A model generated the notes under the pieces. That model was not told the DNA's origin. It worked only from the letters and a program-made list of their open reading frames with translations, and did no database searches. From Paragordius varius (lineage: Eukaryota; Animalia; Nematomorpha), in assembly GCA_964247055.1 (NCBI GenBank), contig OZ176059.1, positions 1,426,001 to 1,490,000 of the forward strand: DNA of 64,000 nucleotides, written 5' to 3'. The translations under genes were made by a program, and so were the position numbers. Of the stretch, positions 1 through 12,114 are shown one piece after another. Each line of letters begins with the position of its first letter. The first letter of the stretch is position 1.

Positions 1-144
1 GTTTATTATAAAGATAATAAGGTAGTTGAAATGCACATAAAATAATTTTTTATGAAATTAATATAAGAAAAAAGTTAACTAGTTAAATAAAAGTTTAATG
101 TTTACATTAGCGTTTATTGTCCTTAGTTCATTTTTAACAAAGGC

Positions 145-1518
145 TTATTTATATATATTCCACAAATATATATTTCTATCAAATTTATTTTGTAACAGGT
201 ATATTAACGAATTTATTGCACAATAAAATTTATTAAGTAGTGATGGGTGGTAGATAGATATTAGAAAAAAGACACACTCGTAGATCTGAGGTATGGCGTT
301 TTCATCCTTAATCTCTCCATTTGCACCAATTAACGAGGACAAGGAATTAAGTAATTCAAACACATGAGATTTTGTAAGGTCTACAGGTAACGTTTGCTGT
401 TCATGTTGGGGAGGTGATCTAACAGATACATTATTTTTGGCCTCAATTATTGGAGAGTTAGCATTTATGTTTAGAGAATCGCTAATATCTTGATTATTAC
501 TATTATTATTATTACTTTCATTTGTTTCTTGAAGGGTTAAATGCGAAGACAAAGCCAGATCTTTAGCTTTGTCGATTATTAATGTATTATTTGGCATAGA
601 AATGGGTATTTTATCGGCTGTAGGTGTATTAATATTCATTTTGTTAGAAACACCTATCCTGTAATTAGACAATGCCAAAATTTCGTCTTTATGGTCATTT
701 CCAATATGTTTATCGCCAATTTTTTTATTCAAATTTATGTCGCTGTTGTTAGTGTCATCAATACTGGAACTATTGTCATTTGGTGCCGTATTCGAGGATT
801 CTATTGTAACTGATGTAATTGTTACCATGTCTGGCGTTGTATGTTGAATATTGTCGTCTTTTTCCTCAAGAATTACTATATCACTGTCTATGCTTTCATT
901 TCCTCCAGCAACTGTTTTTGTGTTTGGGGGTGATGGTGTTGGGGATATACGAGCCTCAACCATTTCATCCTCCATGACGTAATTGGGTGAATATTGATAA
1001 GTATTATCTGAAACTAATGGCAATAAATATGTGTCAAAATTTGTATCGTCGTTATTGTTACTATCATCAGGAACAAAATTATTGGTGTTAGATGTGGTAA
1101 CAGCAGTAATGGAACCGGATCCAGGCTTTACATATACTAATTGTATATCATTTTCATCATCATTATCATTGTTACGATTATCGTCAACTTGTACATCTTC
1201 AACAATGCTATTATTCAAATTTTCCATAATTTCAACAGCTGTTGAGGGATTCGGAAGTTGTTCTTTAGAAAAGGTGGTTTTTGGTTCATCATAATTAATA
1301 TCATTACTATTTAGGCTACCTAATATATTTGTCGATATGGGAAAATTGTTAGTGGTTAATATATTGTTGACGTTGATATTTTCATTTTCTAATACGGTAT
1401 CATGTGCTATTTCGGTGTTATATGATAAAGCGGCAGACGATAAATATGTCGTTATATCTTGAAAAGTTAAACACGTTAGTTTAATAGGCGAAATAGTAAA
1501 AGGTTGAACAACATCCAT
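145..1518 (-). CDS. Large exon or ORF of an N/D/T/S-rich, probably disordered protein with several SIM-like motifs; product unknown
   Basis: A 457-codon open frame in very AT-rich DNA is unlikely by chance. The last ~43 codons read like intron sequence, and a possible donor GA|GTGTGT lies at 277, so the gene may continue beyond the window start. Confidence 0.7.
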   Translation of the reverse strand: MDVVQPFTISPIKLTCLTFQDITTYLSSAALSYNTEIAHDTVLENENINVNNILTTNNFPISTNILGSLNSNDINYDEPKTTFSKEQLPNPSTAVEIMENLNNSIVEDVQVDDNRNNDNDDENDIQLVYVKPGSGSITAVTTSNTNNFVPDDSNNNDDTNFDTYLLPLVSDNTYQYSPNYVMEDEMVEARISPTPSPPNTKTVAGGNESIDSDIVILEEKDDNIQHTTPDMVTITSVTIESSNTAPNDNSSSIDDTNNSDINLNKKIGDKHIGNDHKDEILALSNYRIGVSNKMNINTPTADKIPISMPNNTLIIDKAKDLALSSHLTLQETNESNNNNSNNQDISDSLNINANSPIIEAKNNVSVRSPPQHEQQTLPVDLTKSHVFELLNSLSSLIGANGEIKDENAIPQIYECVFFLISIYHPSLLNKFYCAINSLIYLLQNKFDRNIYLWNIYK

Positions 1519-2026
1519 ACAACATATATATGATGTTGAAGGGTTAAAAAATGTGAAACCCTTTAATTAAATATTCACCATTATGTATTACTACTTAGCG
1601 CAATGGAGTTGGTCAGATAAGAATCTTATTTTGGGGTTTCAAAGAAACCTAAATATATTAAAAGATAAAATAAGTCATATATTTGTGTTGGCCAATATCT
1701 AAGTATCAATAGGTGTTTAAGTAAAAGTAATTTATTATATTTGCAAGTATATTTATATCTACCAAATACCTTATAGAATAGCGATTAATACTTTATATTT
1801 AAACATTACATTAAAAATATTATCGATGTTAACTATGAAAGCATTTACCTTAATAATCATTTATTATTTATCACACTAAATATTATTTAAGTAAAATAAA
1901 TAATCTACATTTATTATTAAAATATACTTGTAAAATTTCTGGTTAGAATTGAGAAAAACTTATCGGGGATGAAAACAAAATGTCGGCCAACTAAGTTCTA
2001 GTGCAAAAATTACATTCATTTATCAT

Positions 2027-3494
2027 ATGAGCCTATTTAAAGTTGTCAGGCTTTACGCAAAGGCATGGTCGCAATCAAATTGTTGCGTTAGTAGATACGT
2101 ATGTCCAGATTATATTAAACGAGAACCATGGGACATTCCGGAGGGATATGAAGAAGAATATGACAAACGAGGTTTTAGAATCATTAAAAGCGGCAAGACC
2201 AAAATAAAATATGTTTCCGTGGAAGATGGTTTGCGTTACATTATGAGTGAAGGTATCATTTAAAATAAGTACAGTTTTCATTTGATATTTATATATATAT
2301 ATATATATATATATTTCATAATTATCTACAAATTGCAGCCTATAAACATACCTATGGAAATGATCCAATATGGAAAAATTATCGTCGAAATTTTTGGGGT
2401 CAATTCCCACCCAGACCACGAAAACGATGCACGGTAACATCCACATGTCTTTTTACTAGTTAAACACTCTAAAAATTTAATAAAATCATTCTTATAAATC
2501 ATAAATTTTGTTGTTATTAATTTAACCATTTTTTTTTCTATTCAATAATTTGAACATTTCTCTAAAATTTGTAATGATGTATTTTAGATTTCCTTAGCAA
2601 AGTTTAATAAATAAAGATAATTTTTTAACCAAAATAATTTTTATTTGCCAGTATTTAAGCTATTAAATAAAAATATTTTTGGCAATTCAAAGATTTGGGA
2701 AGTAGTATAAGATTTTTTGTATAATATGCCTAAAAGCCAGATAATGCATAATTTTAAATTTGATCCAAATATTTTGTTAAAAATCTCTTTGTGGTCCAAA
2801 ATAATAAAACTTCTAAATTAATTCAAATTCAATAATTTTTCAGAGAGATCACACAATTATGAGCGCAAGTCCATGCCCATTATGTAGGGATCAATACCTT
2901 GTTTTAGATTACAGAGTAAATTGTGTTACGATAATTTTTTTTGGAAATTAAAATCAAAATATTTTATAATAATTTTTTGTTTTGGTTAAAAATATTTAAT
3001 TTATTAATTACAAATCCATTAAAATCGATTGAATTATTACCATGTAAGTTGAATGTTTGCATGTGAAAGTTAATTACTAAAAAAATGTATAAATTTAAAT
3101 TCTTTTTTTATATATATAGAATGTGTATCTTTTACAACAATTTATTAGCAAATATACGGGCGAAATATTTTCTCCAAAAGTTACTGGTAATGGATTTTAT
3201 TAGAACATTTTTTTAAGTGTATTCTTATAAAAAATTTTTGTCAAAAACAACATTCATTATTTTAGACCTTTTTAATTTAAAATTATTAATCTGTCTTTGA
3301 TTCTTAAAATTTTATTTTGACAGCTAATACCCTCATAAAAACTGTATTTCAAGGGAAAAAATTGTTTTTGAATCAAAATGGGTAAAGTTTAATTTTTTTT
3401 TTATAGTTTTTTAATATAATTTTATGTCAAAAGATATGTTTTATTGAATTAAACGTGCTATATTATCAATACTATCGTATCAGCATATTTAGGG

Positions 3495-3530
<36 letters not shown>

Positions 3531-4428
3531 CTGTTTAGAAATCGTATATTTTTTTATATTATTCACATAGGTCTTTGTCTGGAACAAGATTTTGCAATGA
3601 GAGTTCAAATACATATAGCTCATGATTTTGGTATAATATATATATATACCATTTACAGTCAAATTCATTACCTTTATTTTTCAATATTTTTAAAAAATAA
3701 AATTCTGTTTAAAATTAATGCAATGCTGAAAAAATAATAAACAATGTCGTAAAAATATATTTCATATTAATGATGAGTTATGTTAGCCCGAAAACACAAA
3801 TTATTTTTAAGGTGAATTTGAATTATAATGGTATATATATATATAATTTTGATATCAATTGACCTGTCGTTAAATTTACCGCTTTTCATAAAAAATATAA
3901 CCTTATGTGAGGGGTATTAAAATTTGGTGCTAATTTCAATTCAATTATTATCAGCTAAATTTTTATTAAATGTCAGTTTTGCTCCAACCTGGCTTAAACT
4001 TGTTGCTTATTGTTTTTTCTAAATCATAAATTTTTATTGTAACTATTGCCAGATATGATAAATTAAATTATACATTATATGTTATATTATTTTAATATAA
4101 TTTATATTATATATTAGTCCATTTTTTATAAGAGGTTATTAATTCTAATTTTTATTTTGTATATCATTTTTTTCCCCAATTGAAATCAACCTCATAAAAG
4201 TTTACAAATTCTTGTTTAAAGTTTATAATGCCATTTCTATTGTTATATCAAATCTTCAGATAATGTATAAATAAATTCAACTATAACTTCAATATAAATT
4301 TGATTTTATCGTTAGGTTTTCTAAATCTGAAACAACCAACAATCGAATACAAATATAAGGATTGGTATCCCTTTCTACGCGGTGAAAATGAAAATGGCAA
4401 AAATATCATTCTATACGATAATCAATGA
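2027..4428 (+). CDS. MRPS18B: Mitochondrial ribosomal protein S18B (mS40), 210 aa, 6 exons
   Basis: Exons 2027-2252, 2339-2433, 2844-2915, 3120-3186, 3571-3630, 4316-4428; all GT-AG and phase-consistent (633 nt). Motifs YGNDPIWKNYRRNFWGQFPPRPRKRC, PCPLCRDQYLVLDYRNVYLLQQFIS and TGLC match the S18B family. Confidence 0.92.
3647..3833. mobile_element. Fold-back MITE (21-bp-module family), short copy
   Basis: TACCATTTACA...GGTGAATTTGAATTATAATGGTA ends inside TATATA, plus the shared internal core; starts 16 nt after the MRPS18B intron 5 donor. Confidence 0.8.
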
Positions 4429-5042
4429 CGTTACATAAGTAGTTTCGCATTTTTTATCATATTTGTTAACGCTACACCTACAATCATGCAATTATTTGTT
4501 AATAAATTTTGTTGTATATAAAAACTCATTTATCTTGAACTTAAAACACCTTCTCATTATTGAACAAATAGCCTAGTCTGTGCTTTGCTAATATTTGAAA
4601 CAGTGTAGTGTCAAGGTTTATTGTCTTGCGAATTCAATCATTGGAGAATTTGTATACGGTCTTTTTGGATAAAAACAAACTACAAAAATACGAATCTTAA
4701 ACGATATATAATGTTTCCAATGGCAACTTATGACTGTGAAGGAATCTGGGTTAGCAAAAAGATTTAAATAAAAATCATACTATGGAGCATCTTAGTTAAC
4801 AAAACATGGACCTACGATTTCTCTAATGAATGAATTCGCAAAACAATAAATCATATAAGGTTATGTGTCAAACAAAGGTAAAATTATCTGGGCAATGGAT
4901 AATTCGAAAGCCCATTGATTACCATTGTTGTTTTTTAAAGTATTTACTTGTCTACAAATAGTTGGCTTATTAAAATCAAAGGATATTTAACGGTATAAAT
5001 TTGACTATTTATAGGTAATAAAATTATCATAAAACAAAGTTT

Positions 5043-7242
5043 TAGGGCTTGGGACTCGAGCCTAATTTTGGAACCGGTTCATGTTTTTATTTTTTCGATT
5101 CTAGAACCGGTTATTTAAAAATACTTTCTGAAACGGTTATTTAAAATTTAAAAAAGTTCCAGTTCTCGCATTTTTTTCGGTTTCAGGACCGGGTTCTCTG
5201 TGGAACAAAACCGGTTCTTAAAATGGATCCGATCATATATCCTATTCCAAAAACATACACAAGTAAGCACCTATCATTTAATTAATTAAGTTTATAATAT
5301 AATTGAAAAACAATTAGATTTGGGTTGATTAAGTATTTATTTATTTATTAGTATATCTACAAATGTTCAATACAAATCAAATAATATCTAATATATTTTT
5401 GTTCAATTTTATAAGATGACGGGTTTCAGACTTTCATGTGACAAAAATAAATTTTGAAGTTGAAAATGCTCTTTTACACTGAATTAAAATATTAGTTATA
5501 TACAGTAAATGTTAATTTTTAATATCAAGAATTTTTTTTTTAATCCATGTGGCATTTTTTTATCCTTTTAAAAGTTGTTTTACAAGCATATAAAAAATAA
5601 CTACATATATATTTAAATGTATTTAAATGTCCCTTTTCGGTACACATATATGAGAGATATATTAACATTGCAATATGTTCCCCTTTTCGCTACATATCTC
5701 AATATAGAAATTGTAACATTGCATATGTGTTGTGCCTACTTCATTAAATAATTTTTTAGGTTTTATATATAATTTTTTTTTATAAAAAATTAAGTTTATA
5801 ATAATTAATTAAAAAATATTTCAGAAAAGACTATAAAAAAATATATTTGAAATTAACATATAAATCGCTTATGTGCGTAATAAAACTTGTATTATACAAA
5901 TTTAAATATTAATTTGATTTTGCTGACTTTTTTTGAAAACACTATATCACCTAAAATTAAAACTGAGAAATGTCACGAAAAATGGTAAAATAATACCATT
6001 TATAATTAATTATTTCACAAGTGGTAATTTATTTAAGCAAATATTTTTGACAATTTTTTTGGTGTCCTCATAATACTTAAGAAAATGAATGTGCTGAATA
6101 TTTTTAAGAATTTGAGTTAAGTTTTCAATCAATTCTTCCACATTGAAATGGCATCTTTCCTGACTTTTTTTGATCTCTGGAGTCTGGGTTATTAATGTGC
6201 CATAGTTTGAATCTAATGTTGATGGCAAACTTTCATCTATACTATCTTCTTCACAAAAACTATACATTTATTCTAAATTTCTTTTTGACAAAATAATAAA
6301 AACTTAATATTTTTTATAAAAAAAATATATTACCTTATAAATTAAAAATCAAAGTATGCACAACACATAACATACTGATTAATACCTAATTTTATAAAAA
6401 ATGTTATATCAAACCTAAATATTTATCAAAGTAGGCAAAACACATATGCAATGTTACTTCTATAATGAGATATGTAGCGAGAAGAGGAACATATTGCATA
6501 TATATCTCTCATATATGTGTACCGAAAAAGGACATGTAAGTACATTTAAATATATATGTAAGTGTTATTTTTTATATGCTTGTAAAACAACTTTTAAAAG
6601 GATAAAAAAATGCCACATGGATTAAAAAAAAAATTCTTGATATTAAAAATTAACATTTACTGTATTAATTGCTGGAATGCCATATTTTAAAATTTTTGTG
6701 AAGGTGGATAGAATTTCATCAAATTAAACTATTTTTATCTGATTGTTCATTTTTTATCATTAAATACAAAAATTATCGCCCACTTCCATTGAATTTACGT
6801 TACTTACCTCATTCGACGTAATACGTCTATGAAGAGCCTATGGGTTATTTCTTGCAGTGCATTTTCCTCGTATGAAAGTTTCCCTCTAAAACGAGGATTC
6901 AAATACTCGAAAGAAAAGCATTGGATTTCTTATTAATGCTCTTTATTAGCAAACATTTCATCATACAACTATTTTCAACTGATCTAACTCAGATAATAAC
7001 CTTTCCAGATACTAAAAAAAATTTGAAAGATTATTTCGCTCAATGTATTTCTATTTATTGTATAAGAGTATAACAATGCTTAAAGCTTTGTAATAATAAA
7101 TATGAAAAATTTATCTCTAATACAAAACCGGTTTTTAAAAAGTTCGAACATGTTCCTAAACGATTCTAAATTTAATCCGGTTCTCATCGTGGAACAACGG
7201 TTCCATAAAAACTTAAGTTTGAGAGTTTTGGTTTCAAGACCT
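5043..7242. mobile_element. Degenerate hAT-like DNA transposon (outer element)
   Basis: Imperfect terminal inverted repeats TAGGGCTTGGGAC / GTTTCAAGACCTA and clusters of AACCGGTT-like subterminal motifs at both ends. No TSD recovered. Confidence 0.4.
5503..6662. mobile_element. Tc1/mariner-superfamily-like deletion derivative with long (~290 bp) TIRs
   Basis: TA|CAGTAAATGTTAATTTTTAATATCAAG ... CTTGATATTAAAAATTAACATTTACTG|TA with a TA target duplication. 5503-~5800 is the reverse complement of ~6290/6400-6662. Residual 85-aa ORF at 6010-6267 (-). Confidence 0.75.
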
Positions 7243-7659
7243 AAAAAATACCAAATATAAGTTTATAAAAATAGACGTTTGTCTAAAGAAGTCCTTCTTA
7301 GTTTTAATTTGGTGACGTTAAATAAATTCCATGAGATTGATCCTCTAATATTTTTATGCGCTTCTTATTAAATTTATCTTATAATTATTAGGAATTAATG
7401 ATTGAAATGCTTCTAATTTTTCCGTTTTTTAGACATTTATATGATATTTCGGCCCTAACACGGAAAAATATTAATATATATGGATACAAGGAAAACGCCT
7501 ATGACTTGAAAATGTGGTCGCACTCTAATTTGCTAAATATAATTTTTCTTCCCTAAATTAGCTCATGTTAATAATTCATGAGTGCTAAGTGAAATGAACC
7601 AGACAGTACAAATCCCAACAGGCTTTTGTAAAATACCATTACCTTAAAATAGCGTTCAT

Positions 7660-8050
7660 ATATCTGCAAAAAAGCAAAGGGCTGATCTAATAAGCAGGCA
7701 TACGTCCCATACTCTTCTACGACGAGACATGGCCGATGACAGATTCAATCGCGAAAAAAATGGATGGACATAGAATAGCGAATAAAATTATTTGAACCCA
7801 ATAGCTTAAATTCAAACTTGCCCCATTTCTACCAAATTGAATAAATATGATGCTCTTTCGGACACATCCGGGCTCCAGAACAATGGACAAATAAAATTTT
7901 ATCTTTACATCACGAAGGCAACAATCGTAGGTAGACCAACATTTAACTGGGAAAAAACTATTAATGTTTTAAGTGTTGCAAAGATTGATGATAATGCCTG
8001 GGAGGATCGCAAATATTACAGCCAGCTCCTACACGGATACAATGGCTAAC
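7660..8050 (+). mobile_element. RTE-like LINE 3' fragment (decayed)
   Basis: Frameshifted motifs IRPILFYDETW, SFGHIR and GRPTFNWEKTI, typical of the RTE-clade C-terminus. Confidence 0.55.
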
Positions 8051-8411
8051 ATTACACAAAGCCAAAACATCAATATTGTTATTATATGATAATACCAAAA
8101 TATTTTATTATAATGCCGATAAAAAACTTGGTTGGTTATATATTCGAGATGAATTTTCAATTGATCTCATAATAACTGGTCCCGCTACAAATTATTATAC
8201 TACGTGATGTTCACGCAGGGTTGTACATAAAATTTAATTAGTGTAAAATGTTTTAGGTTTACGCTTTCCACACCCAATTAACAAAATTTACTTATATTAA
8301 GTCTTATTATTTGTGGTAAAAATCAAATTTTATCAGTTAAAAATCAGATAACTTAATATTTTGACAATATATGTGTATAATATTTGTTCAACTTTTATTT
8401 GCTAGTTCAAT

Positions 8412-11400
8412 ATGATCGAAATAACATGCAACGATAGGCTTGGCAAAAAAGTTCGAGTAAAATGCAAGTAAATATTTATTTTAACTTAGAGTCATAATGA
8501 TACAATATTGGATCTCAAAAAACTGATTGCTGCACAAACTGGGACTAAATGGGAGAAAATTGTTTTAAAAAAATGGTTAGTATATTGAATTTATTGTATT
8601 TTTTACGATACGTTTCTTAATAGATATCTAGATATACCATTTTTATTTGCTCATAGGTACACTATTTACAAGGATCACATTACCCTACAAGATTGTAAGT
8701 AAATTTAGCCATTAATTAATACATTTGGGGTACTTCAATCCCACAGAGATTTTAAATATTTAACTTAAACATTTATGATATTAGGCAAAAAAGATGTTTA
8801 GGTTGTAAAATAATAATTTTGAACGATTGAAAATCCTAAAAAATCCAATTATTATTTTTAAGCGCAAATTTTTTGGATTACTTTTGTTAAATTATAGTCA
8901 AAAATAAAATTAATTAACCTTAAATTAATCGAATATTGAAAAATAAATTTAAACCGGCCCTTTGCTTTAATTTAACTAAATTTTAGACTAAGGAACTACC
9001 AAAACTCTAAATGTAATATATGTATATAAGTAATATGTTTGATCCTAATTTAGCAAAAACTATTTTTACAAAATAGTTTAAAAAGTTTAAGGTTTATAAA
9101 GCATATATGTATGAAAAAATAATTAAGTTTATAATATTTTATTATAAAAATAACTTTTTCTTTTTTTGTTAAATTTTGAAGTTAATTTACTCGCGCATCT
9201 TTTATCATTTTTTCGGTTATAAAATATATAAAAATCCGCAGAATTTATATCACAAATTTTTGAAATTATCTTTAACATAGCATTCACTAAAATTATGGAA
9301 ATCACTAACCTTAAAACTCTTATTGATTTTGATAACTTTCAATAAAACAGGCAATTGTAAAACTGTTAATAACTATTTTATCATCATCACACATCAAAAG
9401 AGATTTTTTCCCAATCGTTTCTATTCTATTTTCCTTTTCTTCTATTTTTATTTTAGCCTCAGTAAGGTCGTCCTATATAGTGCTGACCCAGCTTTTTTGA
9501 GTTTGTTGTAGAGTGTAGAACATCATTAGAATATAATTATTTGATGGTCTGCGGGCTATTAGAAAGAAGTCAAGAGCATTCATTTTGAGGATTTTGTAGG
9601 AATCGAATGGATTATCCAAATTATAGGTATAGAGATTTGAATTATGAAAAAAAAAGAATAATTTTCATTATTTGGATTCAGAGTTTTGGTTTTTCTGAAA
9701 TCAAAGCCCATCTGGATAATGATTTCGTTTCGAGTTTGCTATATTAATTTTTGATTATGTGTTTAAATCCATGGTATTTTTTCCATGCTTCATTCAGAAG
9801 ACCTTTGTATGATAGGGGTTATGACTGGTCCATCTTTTAGCAAGAGTTAAATTGCCCAAGTTTTTAAATGGGTGTTACTATTTTTTAATCGAGTTAATAA
9901 GATTATTAGGTTCTGGCAGTGGTAAATTTTAAACACAGTTTAAACAAATAAAATCATTTACGCTAGGTTAATTTAAGTTTGTCCTTTTTTATGTAGCCAA
10001 AAATTTTTATATTTTCTGAAAACAAAATAGATTTCATTCACAGCATTACTGCAAACTTTACATAGAGTATTTTATCGGTTATTTATTCCATCATTAATTA
10101 ATTTTATCTTTGCTTGGATTAATATTAAGACAGACCATAACTTTCCAAGCCATTTTACCATATATCAATAAATTGGAGTAGGCCGTGGTCCCATGAATTT
10201 ATTATGCACCTTGCATTTAACCGCGATTTTTAAATAAAAATAGCGGTAAAACACTCACGGATTGTCTGAGCTTACTGTCAATTTCTTAAACCAATTGATA
10301 ACCTCGTAATACAAATAGAAGCCATTCCAAAGACGGGAAAAACAGTATTAATAAACCCATTTACAAAGGAAAAAAAGATTCATTCCTGTTTGACTTAGAA
10401 AACGTAAAATTAAAGAGTTTATCATGAAATTCAATTTGGCTTTAAATCTGGCAAAAAAACAATTTATGCGATTTTTCGACTTTGTCAAATGTAAGCTGTT
10501 CATCTCACAAGATTAATTTTAGTACACCTTCTTTGATTTGGAAAAGGCGTTTGACAATGGGCTTTAAGATGAAAATACTTCCGAAGAAAGAATAATCAAA
10601 AACCTTAATGTTGTTATATTCTGACTCCAAAGCCCTATTTAAGACCTACTATGGTCGTTCTGTTCAGGTTAAGATTAAGATTTTTCCCTTACGGTTTATA
10701 ATAATAATAATTGATTACGTTGGGGGATATATTGAAAGACGAACCTCATTTAATCCATATTGAAATAATATGGAAAAATTGAATGTAACGTTATGGTCTT
10801 AATGTTAATCCAAGCTGCAAAACGAAATTAATGTATGCATAATACAAAGAAAATGATAAAGTATGCGGTTTAGCTGTGAAGTCAAACTCTATATTTTTAC
10901 GTGAATTATAAGATTGATCAGAATATTTAGATATATTATGTGACATTGTTTGATTAAATATACTTAACTGGTTGTGCTTCATAATATATCGTATAGCTTT
11001 CTGTAATTAGCCCATTAACTATCCTGAATTTGTGTGTCATTGGAAAAATTTTAATACTTATCGCGACAATTAAAATTGTATTATTATATTGGTTTTTTCG
11101 TTGACAATATTAATAAGCATTTTATACTGTTTAAAAGAATCATTGTGGCAAATTTCGACTAAACTAGGAGTAGTTTCCTACATGCGGCCCTACGCGACAT
11201 TCTCTACTGCCCGCCAAAATTTTTAAAAAACACTCAAAATTAAATACTAAAATTAATCATTTTGGAAAAATTATTTTTTGTCTTTAAGGCATCACTTTAA
11301 TTTGAACCAAGGGTTAAATTAATTTTTTGTGTAGCTATAAAATATTTAGCGAATTGATTTCATAGAGGAATATCGGTTCATTCTTTGTGTTTGCTTTTTT

Positions 11401-12114
11401 GTAATGCAGCTCGTCGGTTTTTAAATCAAAAATGCGGCCCGCTAACCCATTATATTTCGGGCACACCCATGGTTGAAATCATCAAAGAGTTTTTACGGGT
11501 TGGTTGTTTTACCTCTATTATACGTGACACATCTTGATACTTAGGTATTTTACCAATCATTATTAATAACCTAAATCGATTTAATTTTCAAGGCCTAGTC
11601 TACTTTTACATTAATGGCTTCTTCATATATAAAAATTTTAAATTTATTAAGAATTTTTGGTTCTTGGTTATTCAAATCCAATAATGCACACAACACTATT
11701 GTGTTAAAATTTTAGGAAAAAAGTTATGAACTTTTAATCCGCACAAAAGTTAAAAGATATTGCATAGAGTCAATAAAAAATTTTTTAAACGAAATACCTC
11801 AGTTTTTGATTTCACCAAATTTTCTCTTCGAAAAAAGTAATATAATTGATTAATAATGGTAATTAGAGGTAGCCCCTACTCTGTAAATCTAAGGTAAAAA
11901 ACCGTTTTAGGCATCACTAATTTTTATTCACACTATTCATTTTTAAAAGTTTTTTTGTAATGCTTTAGTCAAAGAATCTCTCTATCGTTTATAATACTAA
12001 TCTATTCGAAATCAAATTATTTTACCTTACTATAGTACAATTAATCCCATTCAATTTTTTTTGTGTGCAGATGAAATCCATGACGGTATGAACCTTGAAC
12101 TATATTACCAATGA
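8412..12114 (+). CDS. UBL5: Ubiquitin-like protein 5 (Hub1), 73 aa, 4 coding exons
   Basis: Exons 8412-8467, 8492-8575, 8657-8694, 12071-12114 (56+84+38+44=222 nt) give [73 protein letters not shown]. Confidence 0.95.
9440..10200 (-). mobile_element. Decayed LINE fragment in UBL5 intron 3
   Basis: Remnant FLIARRPSN...KSWVSTI*DDL resembles an RTE C-terminus; heavily interrupted. Confidence 0.35.
10300..10680 (+). mobile_element. Decayed non-LTR reverse transcriptase fragment in UBL5 intron 3
   Basis: [30 protein letters not shown] and FFDLEKAFD (10529-10555) RT motifs. Confidence 0.7.
11164..11470. mobile_element. hAT (Charlie/Buster-like) MITE remnant
   Basis: ATGCGGCCC subterminal motifs near both ends; related to the element at 56696-56930. 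Confidence 0.4.

Noticed and set aside
1031-2446. ORFs 1031-1294 (+) and 2075-2446 (-)
   Set aside because: Antisense shadows of the real coding exons on the opposite strand.
8464-8489. GC-AG alternative (GCAAGT donor) for UBL5 intron 1
   Set aside because: Joining T to AG at 8490 creates a TAG stop; using the distal AG frameshifts.
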